Assembly: GCA_039586365.1 (NCBI GenBank)
Contig: JBDHKN010000004.1
Location: forward strand, 1-64,000
DNA: 64,000 nucleotides
Direction: 5' to 3'
From: Gemmatimonadota bacterium
GTDB taxonomy: Bacteria > Gemmatimonadota > Gemmatimonadetes > Gemmatimonadales > GWC2-71-9
The position numbers were made by a program, and so were the translations under genes. Shown here piece by piece: positions 1-8,861 of this stretch; positions within the stretch are counted from its first letter, which is position 1, and each line of letters begins with the position of its first letter. The notes under the pieces were generated by a model, which was not told where the DNA came from, ran no database searches, and saw only the letters and a program-made list of their open reading frames with translations.

Positions 1-54
1 TCCGGCCACGGTTACCACTGCTCGCCCTGTGACGTACTTTCCAGCTGAGGGGAA

Positions 55-522
55 ATGGCGCTGATCGACTGTCCTGAATGCGGCCACAAGGTCTCCACTG
101 TGGCGGTAGCCTGTCCGGAGTGTGGGTACCCGGTGAAGGCCTCGCCAGCCACATCCTCGCCAGCCACACCGGCCGAACCGCCCAGCCCGGTTGCCGGCAA
201 GCTGAGTGAACCCGGTGTCGGCGGAGGCGAACTACAAACCCCGTCCGACAGACCGGGTACATGGTGGCAGAAACGGCCCCACATCTTTGATCCGCACAGT
301 TTCGATCCGCCAGACAAGTTGGACGAGCCCGCCAAACCCGTGAAGGTGGGCTCGGTACGCCGGAGGATAGTGGCCCTAGTGTTCGGGGGTGCAGTTTTTC
401 TCCTGCTACACCTCGAGCTGCTGCCCCAGGAAATACAGTTCCGCTGGGCACTCTCACTGTTCGGTGCGGCGATTACCGCCCTGGTAATCAGCAAATGGCC
501 GTCGAAATCGACCGAGCAGTAG
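55..522 (+). CDS. Zinc-ribbon membrane protein, function unknown
   Basis: N-terminal CPECG...CPECG ribbon, Pro-rich linker, two C-terminal hydrophobic helices; GAGGGG RBS before ATG. Confidence 0.75.
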   Translation: MALIDCPECGHKVSTVAVACPECGYPVKASPATSSPATPAEPPSPVAGKLSEPGVGGGELQTPSDRPGTWWQKRPHIFDPHSFDPPDKLDEPAKPVKVGSVRRRIVALVFGGAVFLLLHLELLPQEIQFRWALSLFGAAITALVISKWPSKSTEQ

Positions 523-711
523 CTGACAAGCGGCTGGGGTGGTTGCTGGCCTGACTCGCCGACACTGCGATTTCGTGACACGCGCCCTGCAACGTGTTGT
601 CGCCGGCCGTGAACTCGACGCATGCCCTCATCTAGGTGTACCTGTTTTTGAAATTCAATGAGATAAGCTGTGGTGGCGGGCCGACGACGGAACTTCGTCT
701 CGCTGAGTATC

Positions 712-892
712 GCGCCGGGGTACGGCAAATCCCAGCTAGCTGTCGACGTGGGTAGGGCAAAAGCCACCCCGGGCAAGATCGACGAGGAGCTCCTTTAGCC
801 GACCTGTCGAGGGTTCGCCCGGGGCGCCCTGAACCGGGAGGTATACTCGTCCGGCGCTACCTGGGACCACCGAGGCATCCGAACCGCCTCCC
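712..892 (-). ncRNA. Candidate structured non-coding RNA (rod-like, possibly 6S-like; family not identified)
   Basis: Nested inverted repeats 730-748/848-866, 754-758/826-830, 767-774/817-824, 779-783/806-810; extended -10 TGCTATATT on the minus strand at 906-898. Confidence 0.35.
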
Positions 893-1047
893 AGCACAAT
901 ATAGCAGAATCCACTATATAGCGCGAGCTGCTATATGGACTGAGTTGAGAGTGTGACGCCTCCCGCAACGCAATGTCAGTATGGCCAATCCTTGCTGAGT
1001 AACGGATGCGGCGACACTATAGACACCTCGTTAGTAGAGGAGGACGG

Positions 1048-1758
1048 TTGAGGGACGAGGGATACTCGACAGTTGGTGTCATCGGCGGGTTGGGTCCTGA
1101 AGCGACGCTGGATTTCTTTTCCAAGATCCTGGCCAGCACGCCGGCAGCGATAGATCAAGACCACATCCATCTGATCATCGACAACAACCCCAAGGTGCCC
1201 GATCGGAACAAGGCTGTGGCTGGAGTAGGTCCGTCGCCCGCTCCGGCGCTGGCAGCAATGGCTCGGAGGCTGGAGCATGCGGGTGCCGATTTCTTGGTCA
1301 TGCCGTGCAACGCGGCTCACGCATTCCAGAGCGCCATTGAATCGGCTGTGTCGATTCCCTTTGTGAGTATCATCGAAGAGACCTGCGGTGAGGTTGTCAG
1401 GCGTTTCCCTGCCGTGAAGTGTGTGGGTGTCTTGGCATCCACTGGGTGCATCGATGCCGAACTCTACCAGACAGCCTTTGCGAGGCGCGGGATCGCGGTG
1501 GTAGTTCCGGTCGCGGCCGAGCGTGACGCGTTCATGCAGCTGGTGTATCGAATCAAATCGGGCGAAACGGCCCACCTTTTTGCTGACGGGATGCGGGACA
1601 TAGCTGCGGCGCTCGTCGAGCGCGGCGCAGAAGTGCTCGTAGCCGGATGCACGGAGGTGCCGTTGGTGCTCGGTGAGAGGGACGTGCCGCGCCCACTCGT
1701 CGATTCGACAGATGTGTTGGTTAGAGCTACGATTCAGAGCGCGCGGGCGGGAGCGTAG
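1048..1758 (+). CDS. Aspartate/amino-acid racemase (RacX/YgeA-like)
   Basis: GVIGGLGPEAT start motif, catalytic Cys motifs MPCNAAH and AGCTE; start moved to TTG 1048 after GAGGAGG. Confidence 0.9.
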   Translation: MRDEGYSTVGVIGGLGPEATLDFFSKILASTPAAIDQDHIHLIIDNNPKVPDRNKAVAGVGPSPAPALAAMARRLEHAGADFLVMPCNAAHAFQSAIESAVSIPFVSIIEETCGEVVRRFPAVKCVGVLASTGCIDAELYQTAFARRGIAVVVPVAAERDAFMQLVYRIKSGETAHLFADGMRDIAAALVERGAEVLVAGCTEVPLVLGERDVPRPLVDSTDVLVRATIQSARAGA

Positions 1759-1849
1759 GGAATCTCTGGTAGGATTGCGGTTACGGCACATGTGACGCGG
1801 TGGCTTCTGGCAGAGTATTCAGGCTAAGCACAAACGACTGCGAGGCTCG

Positions 1850-2275
1850 ATGAGGCCTGCCCGGCTCTCTGTAATAACCGCTGCCACCGCCATCGCACTG
1901 GGATCTGCTGCCTGTGAAGATCCCGTAAGCGGGTGCGCCTGCACTGAAGAGTACCGGGCCTACTCAGTCACAGTCATAGATGGTACAGGCAATCCGGTGC
2001 CAGATCTCACCGTCACGCGCACGAATCTGCGAACCGGCAAGGTCCTGCAACCCGGGTGGTTGGGTTTGCTGATACCCGGGGTATATCTGGTGGCCGACGA
2101 CGGGATGCTCAACGCTTTTTCCAGCGAGGGCGATACCCTCCGGATTACCGGGAGCCGGGTTGGCACCAGGATAGTTGCGGACTTCGTGTTCGCGGTTCCC
2201 GCACCGTGTCGCTGCCATGTGGAGCTGCTGGCAGGAGCCGACACGGTTTTCGTGCGTGACCTGCCCCTCGACTAG
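1850..2275 (+). CDS. Hypothetical lipoprotein
   Basis: Signal peptide ending in lipobox-like SAAC; CACTEEY and CRCH Cys pairs. Confidence 0.7.
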   Translation: MRPARLSVITAATAIALGSAACEDPVSGCACTEEYRAYSVTVIDGTGNPVPDLTVTRTNLRTGKVLQPGWLGLLIPGVYLVADDGMLNAFSSEGDTLRITGSRVGTRIVADFVFAVPAPCRCHVELLAGADTVFVRDLPLD

Positions 2276-2308
2276 TCACTGGACCCGCATGTCAGCTAAG
2301 CGAGCAAA

Positions 2309-3310
2309 CTACTGCTTCGACTCAGCAGCTGAACGACGTGCGCGGACCGCGCGGATGGTGTTCAGGTGTTCGCGATAGGAACGGGAGAATATGTGCTGAC
2401 CTGCCGCGTTTGCCACGAAGTAGTAGAAGTCCGTTTCGGGTGGATACAGGGCAGCTAGAATGCTGTGGTATGACGGCTGGCAGATTGGCCCTGGTGGCAG
2501 TCCGTTTGCTCTGTACGTGTTGTACGCTGACTTCACCTCATAATGCTTGTTGTAGAGTCGACCTCTTCGCCCCAGCGCATACACCACCGTTGGGTCTGCC
2601 TGTAACCGCTGGTTGCTACGCAATCTGTTGTGGTACACCGATGACACCAACGGTCGATCGAGGTCGAGTGGGTCTTCCCCCTGAATGATCGACGCCAGGG
2701 TCACGATCTCATGGCGGCTGAAGCCCAATACCACCAGTCTGTCATCCCATTCGGGACTCCAACGAGCCGCGAAGGTGTCAACCATCTGGCGCACTACTTC
2801 GAGTGGCGTGGCATTCACGGGGACGTAGTACGTTGTGGGATACAAGTAGCCCTCAACGGTCTCGGCCGTGGCCCCGAGCTCAGCTCGCAGCCCGGAGTCA
2901 CGAACGGCGAGCTTCAGGCTGTCAATGGGAATATCCAACGTGCGACCGAGGACAGGGATTAGCTCGGACAGCCACACACCTTCTTTGACGCGGATCTTCT
3001 TGGCGTCTGGTCGACCTTCCCGCAGCATCGCCAGCACTTTGCCCATTGGGGTCCTGGCCCGGAAAGGATAGAAGCCTGGCTTGATCCCGAGGTGCTTCCT
3101 ACCCATTCTGGCAAACCGCTCGAACGCACGGGCCGATCTCACTATCTCATGCGCTGCTAGCGACTCAGCCACCGCCTGAACAGGATCGCCCGGCGGTATC
3201 CTGATCCAGATGGCCTCCTGCTCGGGAAGCTCACAAGCCTGCACTGACAAGACTACAAACAGTCCCAGGCAGAGCAGAAACCCCTTGCATAGGTAGTCCA
3301 CGAAAGGCAT
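2309..3310 (-). CDS. mltG: Endolytic transglycosylase MltG (YceG family)
   Basis: EGYLYPTTY, LASIIQGE, VYHNRL, LQADPTV, YNTY..GLPPGPI motifs; N-terminal membrane anchor; start uncertain (ORF extends to 3463). Confidence 0.9.
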   Translation of the reverse strand: MPFVDYLCKGFLLCLGLFVVLSVQACELPEQEAIWIRIPPGDPVQAVAESLAAHEIVRSARAFERFARMGRKHLGIKPGFYPFRARTPMGKVLAMLREGRPDAKKIRVKEGVWLSELIPVLGRTLDIPIDSLKLAVRDSGLRAELGATAETVEGYLYPTTYYVPVNATPLEVVRQMVDTFAARWSPEWDDRLVVLGFSRHEIVTLASIIQGEDPLDLDRPLVSSVYHNRLRSNQRLQADPTVVYALGRRGRLYNKHYEVKSAYNTYRANGLPPGPICQPSYHSILAALYPPETDFYYFVANAAGQHIFSRSYREHLNTIRAVRARRSAAESKQ

Positions 3311-3615
3311 GGCGTGAACGGTAGACAAGTGGCTACGGTTGCTCTGTGAGCCAGCTAACAGACAAACGTGTCTCGTGGAGGTCTGCCCTGCCGCAAACCG
3401 CCTGCCGCGCGCTGCCGGGACGCCAGGCATTTCGCTGGTCTCCATCGCCGCCATTCCCAACATGAGAACACTCTGTACACCTTTTGTCCACTGAACGTTC
3501 GCGGTGGCTGTCAGGCGACAGTTACTGGCTCCCAGTGGTCAGCTGTGACCTAGCGCACAGCAAGATTGGCTGGCCGGGTCCAACCTTGCGGCAGCTTCTC
3601 CAAAGGGCGTTCAGT

Positions 3616-3981
3616 ATGCAAGTAACGAAGTGGGCACGGTTACGGGAGGATGTGGACTGCGGATTGCGCCGTGGTGCGTGGTATCGGACAGTCGATTTGG
3701 GACAATCCGAAGCCATGCTGGAAGTGCACGGTAGGGAGCGGTCCTTTGCCGTGCACTTTTTGGAGATCGTGAACAATCGACCGATGAAGTGGACGATTGT
3801 GTCCGGTGCTCGTAACGCAGTCTTGATCCCGGCCCGTTGGCGCAAGGGGTATGCTGTGTGCCCCAACTGTCGCTGGCGCCAGTTGCCGCTGGGCCAGCCA
3901 CAAACGCTGCGTTGCGAGGGATGTAACGAGATCTTCGAGGTTGCCTGGGACGAACCCTATCTGGCGAGTTTCAACTCCTGA
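3616..3981 (+). CDS. Hypothetical protein with C-terminal zinc ribbon
   Basis: CPNC...CEGC; probable ATG at 3616 within ORF 3484..3981. Confidence 0.65.
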   Translation: MQVTKWARLREDVDCGLRRGAWYRTVDLGQSEAMLEVHGRERSFAVHFLEIVNNRPMKWTIVSGARNAVLIPARWRKGYAVCPNCRWRQLPLGQPQTLRCEGCNEIFEVAWDEPYLASFNS

Positions 3982-4221
3982 TATCGAGCGGCGTTGTAGC
4001 AGCCCCCTAGGGGCGCGATCAGCGCCGCTCCCTGCACACACTCTCCCTCGACAGTCGCACGGGATCCAATGGTCGCGGGGATCCATGAGGAATTTCTGAA
4101 GGAACGGTTAGACGAGCGGTGCTGGAGTTTCCTTCACCCGCGTTTAATCACCTCTTAATCCGTCATCACTAGCGTAGATGGTGAGAGCCCCGCGGCCAAC
4201 CGCCCTTCAGGATCGAGGACC

Positions 4222-4440
4222 ATGGTCAAGAAGCAAGTCTTCGGCGCCGTGTGCGTTGCCTTCGTCGTAGCACTACTCGTTACCGTACCGGTCGTGTTCG
4301 TGTGGAACCTGTTCTTCAACGGACAGGGCATGTTCAACTGGGCTGCGAGCTTTGGTGTCGCGATCGCGGCGGCCGGCTTGTTCCCACTGATAAGGGTGGT
4401 GCGGCGCGCACACCATAACTCGCGGCAAGTAGGCCGCTAG
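4222..4440 (+). CDS. Small two-helix membrane protein
   Basis: GAGGA RBS, two hydrophobic segments. Confidence 0.6.
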   Translation: MVKKQVFGAVCVAFVVALLVTVPVVFVWNLFFNGQGMFNWAASFGVAIAAAGLFPLIRVVRRAHHNSRQVGR

Positions 4441-4798
4441 CGCGCGCCACTTCGTGTTTCATACGCCTCGAGCTGGGGATGATCGGCGGCGTGAGACTCC
4501 ACTCGCCCTCCGCGTGAGATCTCGCACGTAGTGACCGCTACCTGATCAGCCACAACGGCGCAACTCTATTTACCATAACAACTTAGAGCGAGACCTCTTG
4601 AGCTTCGTCACGGCAGCGGCAGGGCAACGGCAGCTGCCGCCATGAGAGGCGATCACGGGTTGGACGAAATGTGATCCGCAACCCAGCGCGGCTGGCGGCA
4701 AATCCGCATGTTGACTATCCGCGGACCTGCATCCATAACAGGTGATGCGGAACTAGATTGCAGGCCCTCTGAACCACAGCTGGCGAGGTTGCTCAACG

Positions 4799-5314
4799 AT
4801 GATGGGTGTGTCTGGCAAGCCCCTAACCGATATCAACGAAGACTCTCTGCAGTACACGGAAGCTGATTGGGAGGAAGAATCGTACGACCTGTTCGTCATG
4901 CGGGCCAATCCCCGCCCCTGTCCCAAGTGCGGCTACACAGGGTTTTACGGTCCCCGCGCCATGGATCCAGGCAGGAAGTACCGAGCCTGTCGGTTGTGCG
5001 GGTTTTGGCAGTTCGTAGGTCACGATCCAGTGCGATTCACCCCCACAGCCCACGACTGTGAGAGCTGGCCTGAGTGTGCCCGCGCGCCGTACATCTGGTG
5101 GGTGCATCCTGATGAGAAGAGGTATACGTGCCCATACTGCCGCCAACAACTCGTGATCGGCAGCCAGAACGTGTTCGTGAAGAGCGTTCTCATTACCGCC
5201 CCGATTGATGATCCCGACCATCCTTGGCTCAAGGTTCCCCAGAATCGGTCCTATCCCTACTATCAACGTTTCTGGGAGCACTGGGCTGTCACCAAGGGGC
5301 GGGTGATACTGTGA
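4799..5314 (+). CDS. Cys-rich hypothetical protein (two putative zinc ribbons)
   Basis: CPKC, CRLC, HDC..C, CPYC. Confidence 0.7.
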   Translation: MMGVSGKPLTDINEDSLQYTEADWEEESYDLFVMRANPRPCPKCGYTGFYGPRAMDPGRKYRACRLCGFWQFVGHDPVRFTPTAHDCESWPECARAPYIWWVHPDEKRYTCPYCRQQLVIGSQNVFVKSVLITAPIDDPDHPWLKVPQNRSYPYYQRFWEHWAVTKGRVIL

Positions 5315-5390
5315 GTCGGTATCGAGCTCCGCACTTGCGGTTTGCCAGTGGCCGCGACCCTTTGCGCGGGGGACTTCCCCATCGGGGCTC

Positions 5391-5445
5391 GAAGGTGATA
5401 AAGGGCAACGACTTAGCAGGTGAAATGAAAGGCATGTCTCTTGCT
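5391..5445 (+). promoter_or_regulatory. Putative sigma54 (-24/-12) promoter with upstream IHF-like site
   Basis: GGCATGTCTCTTGCT (GG-N10-GC) at 5431-5445; CAA-CGAC-TTA IHF-core match ending at 5415. Confidence 0.55.
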
Positions 5446-5487
5446 AACAAGATATGCGTCTGGCACCAATTGAACTGGCTTTGAGCT

Positions 5488-7374
5488 ATGACGGGCGGCA
5501 ATTTGCAGCGACCGGACGGTCCCGGCCCCGACTCGCATGAGGGAGGGGCCGTTGCTGGTGGGAAGGAAACGAAGTCACATCGCTGGCACGCATCCGGTCG
5601 AGGCTCAAGAATGAGGGAGGGGGGAGTGGACGAGACGAGTAGAGAAAGCTGGGCAGCCGGCCGACAGGCCCAGGGTAACGACGTGCGATTCGAGCCGCGA
5701 ACTGACGTCCAGGATGGGGGAGCAGCACGGTCTCAATCGGGCGACGGTGATGTTCCGGCCGACATCGTCTTCATAGTGAAGCAGGATGGTACAATTCTCT
5801 ATTTGAATCGGGCTGTAGGCGGGACGGCCGATACTGAAATCCCGGGAACTTCGGTCTACTCCTACACTGATCCGGCGTGGCATGACGGACTGCGAGACTC
5901 TCTCGAGCGCGTCTTTGCTGCTAGCGAGGTGAGCGGCTACGAATGTGCCGGTGTCGAGCCGTTCAAGCGGGGCTCCTGGTACCAGTGCAGGGTGGCTCCC
6001 AATGTGCGGGAGGGGAAGGTCGTGTCAGCCACCATCATTGCCCGTGACATTACTCGCTGGAAGACCGAGCAGGACGAACTCTGCGACGAGCGCGACCGAC
6101 TCAAAGCTGAGCTGGAAAAGGTCTCTCACGACCTGGCATCGCTGACCAACACGTTGGCGGAGAGAGAGTGTCACCAAAACGAGTTGGACAGGTTCCGCAG
6201 GATCATCGATCAAGCGGGAGAGGCGATCTTCATTACGGATCCCAATAGCGGCAAGTTCGTAGATGTGAACGAGACCGCCTGCCGCTGGCTTGGCTTCCCG
6301 CGCGACAGACTCCTTACGCTCGGCGTGAACGATCTCGATTTGGAGTTCGCGCTCGAGAGCCCCAACGGGGTCGCCGAGCATGTCACGGACACGAGGAATC
6401 CGAGTCGGCCTCGTATGGTCACTGGAGGTGCGCACCGGCGTCGCAACGGTACGTCCTTCCCTGTCGAAGTGGCGATTGCCCGTCGCACGTTCGGCGACAG
6501 GGAGTACATGCTTGTTGTCGCTCGGGACGTAAAGGAGCGCCATCACGCTCAGCTGGTGGCACGGGAGAGCGAAGACAAGTTCCGTAGCCTGTTCGAGCTT
6601 TCGCGCGACGCCATCTACCTATCGGCCCGGGACGGGACAGTGGCCGAGGTGAACGAGGCCGCGATAGAATTGTTCGGGTACTCGCGAACGGAGTTCATTG
6701 GGCTGGAAGGGAGAGAGCTGTACGCGCACTCTGAGGACATCCGGGCTTTTCAGTCCGGTGTGAGCGAAGCAGGAGCTGTGCGGGATCTCGAAATCGAGTT
6801 CAGGACCAAGCAAGGGACGAGCTTCACAGGGTTGCTCACCGCGGCGTTTCGGCATGACGGCGACGGTTATGTGTCGGGGTACCAGTGTATCATCCGACCT
6901 GTTGGCACGAATGGGCGCCACACCGAAGTTACGCCGGACGTGGATGCTGCAGCGACAGCAGCCGAACCTGTCGACGCCCGAGCTGGGGAAACCACCGGGA
7001 CCGGCGTGTTGGCAGTGGACAGCGACAAGAGAGTGCTAATGGAGGTCCGTACGGTACTCGAACATGCCGGAATTGCGGTGTTGACTTCGCGCACCCTTGC
7101 GGCTGGGGTGGAGGTCTTGCGGGCCCAGGGGGAAGACGTCAGTACTGTGCTGCTAGGCGTCGGCGATGAGGATATCGATGTCGTAAGTGCTGTGCAGGAA
7201 CTCAGGGCGATGGCGGTGGGCGCGCATATTGTCGTTATGTGTGAGGAGCCTGATCTGGAGCCCGTACGCGATGCCACCGACTCGTTGAATGTCGCTGTGA
7301 TCCCCAAGCCACTACATCCACTGGCGCTGATTCAACACGTGCGTGACTCTCGGGCTGAGCAGGGCGACTCCTAG
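5488..7374 (+). CDS. Multi-PAS protein with coiled coil and degenerate C-terminal receiver domain
   Basis: Three PAS/PAC repeats (ARDIT, ARDVKER, N..A..LFGYS), heptad segment, REC-like tail VLAVDSD...IPKP; no kinase motifs. Confidence 0.8.
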   Translation: MTGGNLQRPDGPGPDSHEGGAVAGGKETKSHRWHASGRGSRMREGGVDETSRESWAAGRQAQGNDVRFEPRTDVQDGGAARSQSGDGDVPADIVFIVKQDGTILYLNRAVGGTADTEIPGTSVYSYTDPAWHDGLRDSLERVFAASEVSGYECAGVEPFKRGSWYQCRVAPNVREGKVVSATIIARDITRWKTEQDELCDERDRLKAELEKVSHDLASLTNTLAERECHQNELDRFRRIIDQAGEAIFITDPNSGKFVDVNETACRWLGFPRDRLLTLGVNDLDLEFALESPNGVAEHVTDTRNPSRPRMVTGGAHRRRNGTSFPVEVAIARRTFGDREYMLVVARDVKERHHAQLVARESEDKFRSLFELSRDAIYLSARDGTVAEVNEAAIELFGYSRTEFIGLEGRELYAHSEDIRAFQSGVSEAGAVRDLEIEFRTKQGTSFTGLLTAAFRHDGDGYVSGYQCIIRPVGTNGRHTEVTPDVDAAATAAEPVDARAGETTGTGVLAVDSDKRVLMEVRTVLEHAGIAVLTSRTLAAGVEVLRAQGEDVSTVLLGVGDEDIDVVSAVQELRAMAVGAHIVVMCEEPDLEPVRDATDSLNVAVIPKPLHPLALIQHVRDSRAEQGDS

Positions 7375-7441
7375 GCCCGCGGTGACTCCTAGTCATTCGC
7401 TAGTGGTGTGTGAACTCGGGTGGTGCGGCAGGTGACTGCTC

Positions 7442-7711
7442 TCAGTTCTGGCACTGAACTTCAGTTGGGGCCACGTTCTGACAGTTTATTGACTCCGCCA
7501 TTCCCACTGCCATGAGGGCGCAAGCCGCCTTCTGTGCGGCCTGTTTGGCCTCCTGCTCGTCGGCACCCGATCCCCTCCTGCACTCTGTCCTTCCGTTGTA
7601 TTGCACGCACAACTCACATTCTGCCTGTACCGTTCCCAGGCTGCCATAGATCAATATCGCGACCAGCGCAACCAGTCCGACTACGAAAGCCAATTTTCGA
7701 CCCTTGTTCAT
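7442..7711 (-). CDS. Small membrane-anchored protein with six Cys
   Basis: GGAGG RBS, MNKGRK + hydrophobic helix, six Cys in the C-terminal part. Confidence 0.65.
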   Translation of the reverse strand: MNKGRKLAFVVGLVALVAILIYGSLGTVQAECELCVQYNGRTECRRGSGADEQEAKQAAQKAACALMAVGMAESINCQNVAPTEVQCQN

Positions 7712-7913
7712 CCAATACCCTCCGAACAGCCTGAAAGTGAAGTTCCCCCGTAACCACCGAGCATAGCCCGCCAACCTGACTGTCGCAGTATGTGTTCGAC
7801 CAGCCACCAACAATGTACCCACAGGTTCTCGGGACCGGCCAATCCGCCGTCGAGCGTGGAGGTGACAGTCGCACTGTTGAAACTGTGGTTTCGCGCGGCT
7901 CGTACCGGTATAC

Positions 7914-8630
7914 GTGAGCCATTCCAACCCCATCGGAGCGACAGCGGGACTGCCCCCGACCGGATTCGCCGTTACCGTGCCCCTCGAGCGCAAGCCATCG
8001 CGGACGCGGTTCCCCCGGCTCGTCAGGGTGCTGCTCACGACTGCGACGGCTCTGGTGCTCCCCTTCGTGATTCTCGTGCGTCTCACCACCTACTTGTACG
8101 CCGAGCGCGACTTCCCCACATGGTTGGCTCTCGCGGTTGCAGCGCTGACGGCAGGACTGGTGCTCACTCTGTTTGCGGCCTACGTGTCTCGGAAGCTCAC
8201 TGGCAGGGCACGCTTCCGGACCATGTTCCGTCGTGTCGTCATTCCGCTGGTGGTTGGATACTGTGCCTACTCACTCCTCTACTTGTCGAGCGTCAACGCG
8301 AAACAGGCCGAGGTCCGTGAATATTATCGGTCACTCCATCCGGCGCTGCGGATCGCCGTAAGCACATTGATCTTGGCTGACAAGGACATCGTGATAACCG
8401 GTACCAAGCGCGATCCGGTGGACTACGCCGCCATGGATCTTGCGGTGCGAGAGAACTCGCTCCACTACCGACAATCGGATGGCTATGTGCACGCCCTGGA
8501 CGTACGCACCCTGGGTCGTGGCTGGCTCAAGAACTGGGTCGTGGAGAGGTACTTCAGATTGATGGGGTTCGGCACGCTGCGGCATACTGGGACGGCCGAT
8601 CACATTCACGTTTCCCTACTTGTCCACTAG
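7914..8630 (+). CDS. Membrane protein with C-terminal LAS/M15-like zinc peptidase motifs
   Basis: Three TM helices, then SLH...ALD and HIH. Confidence 0.55.
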   Translation: MSHSNPIGATAGLPPTGFAVTVPLERKPSRTRFPRLVRVLLTTATALVLPFVILVRLTTYLYAERDFPTWLALAVAALTAGLVLTLFAAYVSRKLTGRARFRTMFRRVVIPLVVGYCAYSLLYLSSVNAKQAEVREYYRSLHPALRIAVSTLILADKDIVITGTKRDPVDYAAMDLAVRENSLHYRQSDGYVHALDVRTLGRGWLKNWVVERYFRLMGFGTLRHTGTADHIHVSLLVH

Positions 8631-8861
8631 GTGGCTACTGCGGCGCGCCGCTTCCGCTAATTAACTCGCTCCTGCGTGGGGGGCCGATCTGCGGGCTGGC
8701 GGCCGCACGGTGTCCACCTGCTCGATATCTCACTCCCAACTTGCAGTCGGAGACGGTTCAGGCTTACCTTTGGCGGCGCTGGCGCCCCGGAGGTGGCCGG
8801 TTTCGTGCCCACCTGCGGGTTAGCCAACACAGTGATCCACAACATCATAAGGACACGGTTC

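Noticed and set aside
519..640. attC-like start (GCTGACAAGCGGCTG) after the zinc-ribbon gene
   Set aside because: No AAC core, no matching GTT end box or palindrome, and no integrase in the window.
12..776. 254-aa minus-strand ORF with AAGGAG upstream
   Set aside because: It is antisense to the convincing zinc-ribbon gene and has no recognisable motifs; probably a shadow ORF.
780..815. SRP-like CAGG...GGAGC on the minus strand
   Set aside because: Lacks the GNRA-capped helix and AGCAG motif of SRP helix 8.
8770..8830. ZTP-riboswitch-like words (CTGGCG, GGTGG/CCACC) before pepA
   Set aside because: No GGGGAGC segment or downstream CGCCTGGGC pseudoknot partner, and the gene context is wrong.
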